Shown here piece by piece: positions 1 to 12,000 of a DNA stretch of 64,000 nucleotides; the stretch's first letter is position 1; each line of letters begins with the position of its first letter. A program made the position numbers and the translations under genes. Source of the DNA: Mizuhopecten yessoensis. Lineage: Eukaryota. The stretch covers positions 902,921 through 966,920 of the forward strand of contig NW_018405386.1 of the NCBI RefSeq assembly GCF_002113885.1. Direction: 5' to 3'. Under the pieces are notes generated by a model, which ran no database searches, was not told the origin of the DNA, and worked only from the letters and a program-made list of their open reading frames with translations.

Positions 1-877
1 CCAAAGCCTTCCACACAGGGGCAAATGCTCAACTAAAGGCCAAAAGTGAGGCATTGTCAAAAGAGACATAATCAGGAAGCATGTGTAAACCTTGTATATT
101 GCTTTGTAAGTCAAGTCTGAATAACTATTCTTGGAATTTTTGAATTCAGGTTAAGTACATTACTTGCATAATAACAGAAAAAAAGGTATCCTTTAAAGTG
201 CAAGTCATTTAAATTATGGTAAAAAATGAACGAGTTAGTGACTTCTGAATCATAAAGTGAATAGCTTGTTCAATTCCTTAATTGTTATTCCAAGTTATGG
301 TCTAGAATGTGCATTTTCAAGAGTCACAATGAACTTGATTTTTTAACTCCAAACATTGCCCAAAAGTAATAGGATAGACAGAATATTGCACCAAAAATAG
401 ACGGAAATCCAGCTTGAAAATTCATCCACCATGATGACCTTTGCCTGTGAACCCCCGTAATTACCAACTATTGCATGAGCAATGTATCCGATGTTTTTGA
501 CCATGTGAAAAGTTCGTTTTGGCCCAGATATCAAAGTGTCTATTTGATTATGTGGCCGTGACCTTTAATCTTGGTCATGCATGTACATCATGTGATATAT
601 ATACACTTTAAATGACATTTGTATAAATATGTTAAGCTCCATTATAATCCTAAGGTATAGATCATATTTATCTACTTGGCCCGCAATAAACTGATTTTAA
701 GATCCAGGTATGCGAAACATTATGTATAACAATAGATTTATACAGGATAAGCCAGTTCTTGGTATTGATGTATATGATTCAAGTCTGAATTTCAATTTCT
801 GACAAGTTACATTTCGTAAAGTCATGTTGGTTTGCTGTGTAATACAGTTGGAGGCACTGTAAATTGTAAATCTTTAA

Positions 878-1647
878 AGGGACAATTTAGTGAAGTAAGT
901 TTTTTTGATTACCTGAAAATCAAGTTGAAACTGAAAATATAATCTCCTAACAAAAGTTTACGTAGTTGATAATAAGCCGACCTGAAGCCAACGTCCAGTT
1001 TGGTCAGTTTCATCATTTGGGAAAGCCAGTGATAAAAATAGCCACGACTGAAATAGCGCAATAACCAGGCCTTTCAGTGAGAGATGGACATGTACACACA
1101 GTGTCAGTTATGTGTTTGAGTTCACACATAACACATTTTTGAATTTATACATCATAATTAAGAATTATAAATATCACAATATATACCTCTTATCAGTCAT
1201 TTCTGTTCACATTTGGATTTGAATAAGAACGAACAGGTTCAATTAGTAGAGCATGCACACACTGAGAGGCCCACAGGGAGAATTTTCAAACTGCAGAAAG
1301 TATTATATCACTAGATCATTCGCTCATTTATAACAATGTCTGCAGAGCTTAAGATGAGGTCGGAAGATGATTTTGATTCAGAATAAATGCATGCACTTGT
1401 TGTATTCCAGAGGCTAGGTGAATAAAGCGAGAAGTTACCTTCTCTCCTCGGCTGGAATTCACCGACAGCTGCCGCTAAAACGTACAGCTGTACAGTTAAG
1501 GATTTCTCCATTACAGATTAAAAATGCCAAGAAAACATTGTCTCTGGTCAATCTCTCGATAAGAATTGTTCATAGGGAGTATCAAACTATATAATCATGA
1601 AAAGTTTTGTGACAAGGTTATAAAAAAAAAATACTTAACTTGTCCCT
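878..1647. mobile_element. Non-autonomous DNA transposon, Kolobok-like
   Basis: TTAA|AGGGACAA...TTGTCCCT|TTAA: short TIR starting AG with a TTAA target duplication. No transposase ORF. Confidence 0.65.
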
Positions 1648-4600
1648 TTAACCAAGGTGATAAACTAAAACATGTTTGATTATCTCCCCCTACTTTTGTA
1701 TGGTTTACCTCATTTTTATTTCACAACTCATACTGGTTCCAATTTACATCACAAACATGCTTTCTTTGGGTTGTATGTTGATATAGTTATATTGGTGGTT
1801 CTTAACTTGTAAAAATAAAACATCCCTCTGATGGTTCTTGACTTCCACTGAAGGTAGCTACAGTGTTATGCAACACAGTGTTAGTTACTATTGTTCTCAA
1901 AAATGTTCCCTTATATTTATAAACTTGCTCTTTATAGTGTATAACTTGTACCAGCTAGACAACTTGTGGTTCTTAACTTGCACTGTAAGAGTTCTCGAGT
2001 ACTTGCTCACATTAAAATGGAATTAAATTCACTACCTACTTTGGCCAATGCCAAATCGTTTAACGAGATTTATCTTGAAATATATCTGATGCATCCAATC
2101 ATTTTTTCATCAAGGTCATCAATTGAAGGCCAAGAGTTTCTTGAACTGGCATATTCATTTACAATTATCCAAAGAAAATCAAAAATCTGTACCAAAACAA
2201 AAAGTAGCAGAGGAAGCATAATTAGTGAATTGTTTACTTGTTAATAAATGGTGTTCATATTTCACCACTGTGACCTTCAAATTGGGTCGAGGTCAATTTG
2301 TTTGTATAATCTTAACAGCAAACAATCTAACACTACTGGCTATAAACATCATTATGCAAGATTTTGACTTACTTTTTTATACTAACTTCAAACAGGGTCA
2401 AGGTCATTTATTTGAACAAACTTGATTTCCTGTTATCTGATCAGCAGATACAGGCCAATTGGATCCTTAGAATGTTTTTTAACATATGACCTAGAAAGTG
2501 TCAGCATAGATTATTCAGACTTGACACCTTTCAAACCAGCAAACTACAAGACCTTTTTTAACACATCTGACTGGAGCCTTTGAAAATGCATCAGTAAGGT
2601 CATTTATTTGAGCCAACTAGATGGCCCTTCATCTATTTTATGCAAGCTACAGGACACATATATCATTGCTATAGGCCTGATGTAAATTGTAACACATTTA
2701 ACCAAGGTATTGGGTCAAGGTCATTTTTTTAACAAACTTGATAGCCCACCATCCTTGCAAGCTACAGGCAAATTATTAGACTAGGCCTTTTGGATGAATT
2801 GAACTTGAAATTAGGTTAAGGTCTTTGAGAACAAATATTGATCATTCCAGACCGTATGGATCTTCATTTCAAGTTTTTTTTAAACATATTTGACATATGA
2901 TCAGTAATTTTGAAAGCAGGTCAAGGAAATTAATTTAAACGAACTTGGCAATACCCCAACAAGGTACAGACCAAGTATCGATACCCACACCTTCTGGATC
3001 ACAAGTCATTTCAAGGAAAACAGTCGACACTGGAGGCAGAACCAATACATTAACCCGGACATTACAGATTGCACAACACTTTGAAATCATATTTATGGGA
3101 CCAGAAGAATCAGGTGTTGAACACAACTTTAGTGTATCATATATGACACAGGGAAGTTTAATCTATAATTAATTTTATTTTCTATTTTCCAAAGTATCAT
3201 CTTTTGAACGAGTATCTTTGATATTTTAACCTACTGTACATGTTGTGATCTTTACCTTTATACTGTACCATTTCAATTATCCATTATTTTTGATCACATT
3301 GATGTGATAAACACATTGTTATTATCACTTGGTTATTATTTTCTTTAAGTAAACTTATCCACAGGTTTTCAATTCATCTAGTGTACAGAAGTATGCAAGC
3401 ACATAGCTGCCTATATATATGCTGGTATACAGGTGAATCCACCAAATTTCCAATCAGACAAACAAAACAAAAAAACATTGCCTATTGTCCCCCTTGTTTC
3501 CCTACCAAAGCCCTACCCTAGCCTGGAACCACTCCTACATGAATGCATTCTGAACATGTACAAGGCCTAGCTACGTATACGCCCCTGGTATGGAACTACC
3601 ATGCTTTGTAACCCCAAATACCTCCCATCAGATGAAAATGAATGTTCTTTGCTAAAGAATTTCTTCATTAGTGATGTTGCTGCAATGAAGACAGACAGAT
3701 TTTATCTAAATTTACCAATAGAAGTCTGTTGAAGCCACTACAAGTAAGGAAAGTGAAAATAGTGACATCTTGGTCTTCTGGGTTGATAATTTATTTTTTT
3801 GCGTAGTTTGTGTAAATATCTAGCTAAAATTTGTACAATTTGATGGGGGGGTTTCATTCGCAGCAACAACACTGAAATGTTAAAATCAATAAAAGAACAA
3901 ACTAAAGTGTGTTGACAAATTCATAACATTTATTTGTGAATATGCATTTTGACAAATGCTTCATTTGGTTTGACATATTTTTAAAGGAAGCGAATATGAT
4001 CTGAAAAATAATGTGTTATAATTATAACTTTATCAATTTTAACGTCATATAGAAATATTCACAAATGATAATGTATTTAGCATCTACACTATCTACAAAC
4101 CAATGATATAAGCTGCAAAAATAAATGATGGGGTATCATATAAATGACCAAAAATATATACTCTATTGAGATTTATCTGTAGTAATTAGATTATAGTTTA
4201 TACAAAAAAAAATCCACACATCATCAGCAAGATAACATTGTATATATATATAGTATGCTGTATCGTGGTACAACATGATACATGTAACCTTCGTATTCAA
4301 TTGCACAGTTTATTTATCTCATTCGTGCATTACCAAGTTGAACTTTGTCACATTTTAGATAACACGTACAGAAATTTAAATGATAAAATTCAGTCCTTAC
4401 CCGTAGTTGCAGCTGTATTGAAAATTAAATACATCAATTACATATTAAAAGAAGATTGCTAAAACTTAGAACAACGAAGAATAATAAGGTACAGATTGTC
4501 TTTCCCCATTGTCAACCTGTTGGGAAACGTCACATGGATATTAAATCAGTAGATAAATTATAGGAATATAATACACAATATCAGATTTATTTCTAACCCT

Positions 4601-7294
4601 ATTAAAATTATCACGATCCATAATAACATTAAGTCATTAATTATATGAGAAATAACATAGACCACAACATAAGCAAACTGTCAATAACAAGTTTCAACAG
4701 CACTCTTTGTGTTGAAACACGATCCTACTCCTATCACGCATCAGTGCATGTGGTAATATTGATATTCTATTTATATCATATGACTCAGAAGCACGTAAAA
4801 CATTTTTTGAACCATATGCATGTCATCACCACAGTATGTAACACAGATCACGTATATATCTGTCATTCCGCAACGCCAACAGCCCCTTTGGGTGTACAGT
4901 GTACTAACGGTACCCGGTGCAGGTCAAGGTCTGGGCAGCACGGGGCGGGTTGTCTTCGTTATTCACAGAGAAGTCGGGTGTTACGTCATGGCTTGTCTAT
5001 TGTATACTACATGTCTGCCGCGCGGAGTCGATATACTTATTCATTTCTTATCCTAATGTCTGGCTCATTGTCATCCCAGCAGTGAATGTTATCAAGAAAC
5101 CATTATCACGATACGGACGCAAATAAAACCAGATATCTGCAGACTTTTCTTACAAAACCAAAGATGTCGATACGAGTCTCGGATTTACGCTCAACATTCT
5201 GTTGGCAAACTCCGAAACTCGTGACATTTTCTGCAACAATTACAAAGATAATTTATATATCGACCACAGTAGCTAATACTTACAAGTATATCAAACTACA
5301 ACGTTAATCTTCCGTCTTCTTGCATGTGTTTTACGACGAAATGTACACCATGGGATTTCATTATGGCGGTAAACCATGTAAATAGTTGATGCAACTATAT
5401 ATATACTGACCAATCATATTGCGTTTTCGAGGTCAAGGGGCAAACTTACCCTGGGGGACAAGAGAGGGGTTCGCTAAAAGCTCACAAATAACAAATCTTT
5501 ACTTTGATGTCATTATTTGTTTTCTTCAATGCTTACATATAATCAGAGTTAAAGGTCTATGGAAAGTATTTTATTTCTAGTCATGATAAACAGTATCATA
5601 TATAATATTTTAACTAATTAAATGAACACTCTTGATCAATGTGTTAGTGTATATATATATATATGTAGCCAATATATCCATTGAGATGTTTTATAATTTT
5701 TAGATTTATTATCATAGGTCGAAAAATTACCGTAAAACTGTCATTGAAAAAGATGAAATCATTCGATTAATACAACTACATATACAGAGCTAATGTTTCC
5801 ATTACAACATATACGACTCTAAATAAAAAATATTGTATCTTGTATTGCTTTATCTACAAAGATCTGGATTATGTACATAAATGAAATGTAATTAATAGAT
5901 TTAGATTTGATAAAAAAAAATCCCCTTTAAATTTTAAAACAGGTATGCCCATAATACAAGTGACCCAGATAGTGTGCAATCATGGCAAAACTTGCTCATT
6001 GAAATCAAGACATTACAAATCAGTCTCCATGCAATATTGGGTTGGGCCAGACCGTTGAACTAACATTGGTAGCATGGTACATTGTATAGTGTTCATCTCT
6101 TCATTCTATATTAAGCAAACATACATGGTGATAGGGTGGTGACTGTTTTCATAAATATGATCTAGAGACTTGGTCCCCTGGGGCAGGGGCCAACTTGCAT
6201 GCTCTGCAATATATGTACCAGGTATTCATGATTATGGAGAGGAAATCTTAATCTTATTGCCCCGTTATGACCCAGGGATTAAGTTCCCAGGGGTGGGGGC
6301 CAGACCTTTGGGTACAATTAGTGGTACCATACCTGCATCCAAAACTGTATGTTCAGCAATGGTATATATATATATATAATAATAGGATGAGAATCTCAAC
6401 TGTTTCGATATTATGACCCCGGGGATCAAGTTCTTAAGGGCTGTGGCAGCCCTCAGAGCCAATCCTGGAAGACTTAGTGTGTACGTGTTTGTGTTTCCTG
6501 ATATTTGTGCATGTCTCCTAGGTTGGTGATTTCAACCATTTTCATAACCCCTTTTTGGCCCCACCCTCAACCCCCTCTATATTGTTGATATTCATCCTGA
6601 GGAGATTGTCAAATCAAGTTAATTTTGGTGAAATTCCAGTCAGTGCATGATTAAGAAAAAAGTGGTTTGAAGAAATTGTCGACCAACAGATGGATGCATG
6701 ACATCACTTTGGTACAGTATACACTTACTTAATTGTTCTTTTGCACCTAAGCATCCATAAGCAGGGATGACTGGTACGTATTTCTACCAGGTAAAGAAAA
6801 ATTAGTAATCGTACCGGTTTAAAGAAAAGTCTTCATTTTTCCCAAACATATTTGATAAAGTAAGGTCACCATTAATACACTGGAGAAACTGTCAAAAGGT
6901 GAAGCTGATAAAAAGGAGCCTATGAATTATATCTGATCCCAAAACACCGACAAATGCAGTTATGCTATCCGAACTGGCCTCTGCATAGTAAGAAAGGTAA
7001 ATATCAGCTGCTTTAATGGGACTCGTATGCATATGTAGTTTTAAAAACATCATTTTTATCAGCATATAGGGAATGGTGGTATACAATACGGAAAGGAAAA
7101 ATAAAGTTTCAATCAAATTATTTTTGATAGAGATTGAAGGCTTTCTAATATTTTCCAGAAAATTTGTCAGGTAATTTTTTCCTGATTGTAAAAAAATCAG
7201 TCTTGTATCCTTATCATTCAGGAGTATTATCAATCTATACTGAAGTCCTTTGTGAAATGTACACATAGTAAAATAGAAACCTTATCTCCACAAC

Positions 7295-7385
7295 TTAACC
7301 CTTTCACCGCTGTAGACCATAATGGACTCATCCAGATCAATGCATAGTAAAGTTTACTTAAGTTACATAGGGGTGAAAGGTTTAA
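7295..7385. mobile_element. ~90 bp piggyBac-like MITE
   Basis: TTAA-CCCTTTCACCGC...GGGGTGAAAGGT-TTAA inverted ends. Confidence 0.6.
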
Positions 7386-7564
7386 ACAGTGCAGAGGTTA
7401 CAACTGCCTCAAACTAACAGAGGGGTGGGTGGGGGAGGGGGTGTTACTATTCACATATTAGTATATATTATGTGTATAGTATATCTCCCCTCTTTCTTTT
7501 CGAGGCCAATACCTATATGATCTGTAAAACACAAGACAAATTAAAACAGCATATTTTGTATTCG

Positions 7565-7570
7565 TTTATT
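7565..7570 (-). terminator. Candidate poly(A) signal of VPS35L
   Basis: AATAAA on the minus strand about 1.4 kb downstream of the stop codon. Confidence 0.4.
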
Positions 7571-9006
7571 GCACCTTGTAAAAATAAATGTGACAAACAA
7601 TTTTTCAAAACTACAGCACTCATCAATAATGTTAAAGCAATGTATGTATTTACTATTTATCATTTCAGACAATTTACATTACAATACAGATTCATAGAAA
7701 AATCACTAACATGATAACACAGTAATGCATAAATTTGAACATTTGGCCAACCATTTGAATTATACATTAGTACAATGCATTAGGATTACCTGGTACAAAA
7801 TATGCATGAAATACTAAAATTTAAAAAAAAAAAAATCCTGCAATACTTTCATCACGACTTTGACCAATTCAGACCTTACTTACCCCTTTAGAAAATTTAC
7901 TTTGGTCATAAAAACATAATGGTTTGGGGATATATTAGGGAGATGGCCATCATGTGGTCGTTCAGAAATCAGCATTCTGCCAGCTATCCTGCATACAATC
8001 ATATTTTCATTATACAAACATACCACTATCACATTTACAATCTTTCATGACTTTTATATTTTTTTCTCCAAAATTAACAAACTTCTGAGCTCAATAAATA
8101 AGTATATGTTCAGTAGAACAAGACTTTCACTCGTCAGTAAGTCAGTCCCTTAAAAGAGGTGTGAGGAATGCAACAACATGACATGTCCCGATTACCAAAT
8201 CAATATTAGAGATCTTCTACTGACAGTAAATTAGTTCCCGACAGATTTGGGAATCACACACTTCTTCAGTGACTTACAGGAATTCTGTAGATTCTCAATC
8301 ACTTCTCCCCCACAGCCACATCTAAACATTATACTGCTGTGACACGAATGGAATGTATTTAGCAGGTGTGATCCTTATGTGTTATTTTTCTTTTGGTATC
8401 AAATCAGTCTACATATAGTAGTATCGCAGTGGTTACACTAGTTACTACAGGGCTAATACATCCAAAAGCATCTCGGGTCTGACTCCTAGCACACTTCAAA
8501 AAGTTCAATTTAGTACAGTACTGACAAATCATATATCACTGATGTACCGTATATAGCATCATTAAAAGAAAAACATCCTTGAATATTGAAGAATGTTTCA
8601 TCATTAAAGAAAACCAATTTATCTGACGTTGGTCTTCCCTGTCGATTGTCTTTTCTTTACTTGCAACAGTCTAGAAGTAAAGCTCATTTCAAAGCCTGTT
8701 TCTTGTATAGAATCTAGCACTAAATGTGACACCTTCTTAACGGTCATTATTAGAAACCCTAATATAGTGATATGAATTGTTCAGATAATCAGTGTCTTAT
8801 CTCTATACTAGGTAGATAGATCAGTGTATAACTGGAGAAAGCCAGAAAGAACCATATAGGGTCACATGATTTGAGCTGTCTCAGTCTGTTGTTTATCTAA
8901 CAGTCTAGTAGTGGATACCAGACAATCTATACTTAAAAGTCCTCTTCAATGTCCTGATAAAGATGTCATCATATGTCTATGCCTGGTAGTGATGCTTGTT
9001 CCCTCT

Positions 9007-12000
9007 TTACGCCCGAGAATCCAGTGGGAGTCTCTTCACCAAGTCTCCCAGAGCTTTATCCGCCGTAGCCTCAGCCTTCCTCTTCACCAGATCGTAACAC
9101 CGCACCTGCAAATAACCAAGAATGAGTTCTGAAACATGGGAATTAAACAACAGGCACGTACTATAGAGGATTTTCATTTCAAGGGGCTAAACATTAACAA
9201 TTTTGTTCCTGCAACAGATTTCAAATTTCAGGAAACATTAAAACTAATTAGTTCTAACTAAATTTCTATCAAGAGGTGGGTGGTTTGTATATCACAATAA
9301 GTTCAGGTCACAAATGAACAGACACCATATACAGTATTTTTCTATTGGAGGAATGCATGTTTTAACAAATGTGATCCTAAGCACAAAATGCCATTGCTGG
9401 CAAACTTAATAACACCAAGAGCTGCTATCGATTGATGAATTAATTTTGATCATTTTAATCAAAACTTTCATTTCAAGACCAGCTTTACAGTTTAAAATTG
9501 AAAGTCTTACCATTTGTTTGGTATCATTCTGGCCATGTTTCTGAGCCAGGTTCCACAAGTTGGTTGCCAAGGTAAACGACTGTTGTTGGGACATGTCGCC
9601 ATGACAAATTAAAGTGTTGAACAGTTCTAATGCTAGAAAACTTTGCCTTTTGAATGTCTGAAAAGAAGAGAATTAAGTTTCAAAAACAGTTATGTAACAA
9701 GTTTTACCTAGTTTACCAATTGTCTAGTAGAACAAAATCTATGTGATCAACATCCTAATGACTAGTATACAATACAGTGATCTAGGACAAGACAAATGTC
9801 AACAAAGTGTCATCAAAATATCTTCTGCCATTCAGAATGTCTACCGTGTCAAATTGGATGACAAAAACATTTACTTGATCTTGTTGATCTATGACTGTTA
9901 CATTGACATTTGGATGACAGTGACTTGTAGCCATGACAACGACCTTGGCATGAAAATAACCTTGAATATTGTCACTGACATTATGATGGCAATGACCTAA
10001 AAATGTGACATGGACAATGGAATCAATGACCTGTAATCATGACAGTGACCTTGACTTATAGCTGTAATTGACCTCAGGATGACAATGACCTATAACTGTA
10101 TCCTTGACCTTGACATGTCAATGACCTTTAACCATGACATTGACTTCGTGATGATGATGACCTGTTTACTATGACATTGAATTTAGCATCACAATAATCT
10201 ACAACTATGGCTAACCTTGGCATGAAACCGACATATAACTTTGTCACAGACCTTTGAGTGACAATGGTTACATGTGCATTAACTATATACAAAACAAAAA
10301 TCTTCCACTGATCTCCAGCTTAACCGATTTATTGGATCAATTTTCTACATCATTTAAACAAGGTAAAAAGTGTTCCAAGATGAAACTATGAAGGGAAATC
10401 AAAGACATCCTGATGTTAACACCAAGACTTACCTCTGGTGTTGCTAGTGTTTTCAAGTGGTTGAGTATTTCCTCCAGTAATGTAGAACAAATTGCATTGA
10501 CCTCTGACAGAAACTTCGGGTCAGATCCATACATGGCGTCATTTGCATCAACTGTATACACACATAAAGATATAAGATCATTAAAGCATAGTTGTCAAAA
10601 AGTCAATTTCAGGCATAAAACTCATGGCTTATAAATGGAATCACATTGTATTTGCATCAAATATTTCTTCTCAACAGCAATGGTTTGATGATGAAAAACA
10701 CAATGACATTGTGTTTGTAAGAGATATATTGTAGTCTACCATCAATAAGTTAAATTTCGACAGCAAAACATTTGAAAATACCCACTCTATCACAAACACT
10801 TTCTCTTTCCAAGTGAAAGGTCAGTCTAGGAAGATTATGGTGGTGGAGGACTGCAAAATCCAATACTGGGAACCTGACATATACCGGTTTTTATTATAGA
10901 CCTCCCGCGTTAATGCTGTGAAACATACCTACATGAGACCGATTTGTATCTAGATGGTACAGGAATATCTCTGGACTTCGTGCCAGGACCCCAGAAGAGA
11001 CTGATCTGTATAGAAGTGATACAGGAATATCTCTGGACTTCGTGCCAGAACCCCAGAAGAGACTGATCTGTATAGAAGTGATATAGTAATATCTCTGGAC
11101 TTCGTGCCAGGACCCCAGAAGAGACTGATCTGTATAGAAGTGACACAGGAATATCTCCGGACTTCGTGCCAGGACCCCAGAAGAGACTGATCTGTATAGA
11201 AGTGATACAGGAATATCTCCGGAATTAATTCTGGTGGCCCTGACAGAAACTGACCTTTATCAACGTGATAGAGGTAGACCTCCTGACTAGTGGCGGACAG
11301 CAGTGCCAGTACACGTGTGTAGATCTGTACTTTGGTATCCGTGCTCTGTTCCCATGTGTAGTTCTGGAGGATGTTGAGGAGACCACGCAACAAGTACAGC
11401 ACGCCTGAGTCAGGATTGTCCTGCAAACATACACACAAATCTCTATACTCAAAAATTTCCTCCATTTTGAATTTACTGGTACCATTTTTAGAGCGAAAGA
11501 AATCTTTTCCTGGTTACAAAAAAAAGGTTTGAGGTGAAAAAGAGGTGACTTTCCTAAGTTGAAAACATTAATAATTTCTGGATTTCAACTTATGCATCAT
11601 TACCAACATATACTTAGCAAAATTGGATCCAAACTCTATTGATATAAAAAAAGTTAAGACTTAACTAGATGTCTAGTTTAAGGAGGATTATGGGTAAAAT
11701 CTATTTTCAACAGGATTTACAGTAATAAAGGATTCATTCTACATAGTTGAAACAACTTACCGGAACCGCTAACAGTGTAGACAGGAAGTTGTAAATGAAC
11801 TCTACAAGGAAGGGCTCCGATGACCTTGTCTTTCCATCAAGGTAAAGGTTTTTTGGTACATCAGGTATTAATGAAATGGCAGCCTTTAAGCATGAATCCG
11901 CTGTAACATGTAACAATCTGCTGTAACACATGTATGCAACAATATGCTGTAACACATGTGTATGCAACAAAAACCTATCATAGTATTTCAAAACATGTAT

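Noticed and set aside
4645-5085. 146-aa plus-strand ORF
   Set aside because: No recognisable domain, atypical composition, and several overlapping ORFs typical of a locally GC-richer non-coding patch.
8415-8495. tRNA-like A/B-box sequence in the VPS35L 3' UTR
   Set aside because: It cannot be folded into a cloverleaf; at most it is a decayed SINE head.
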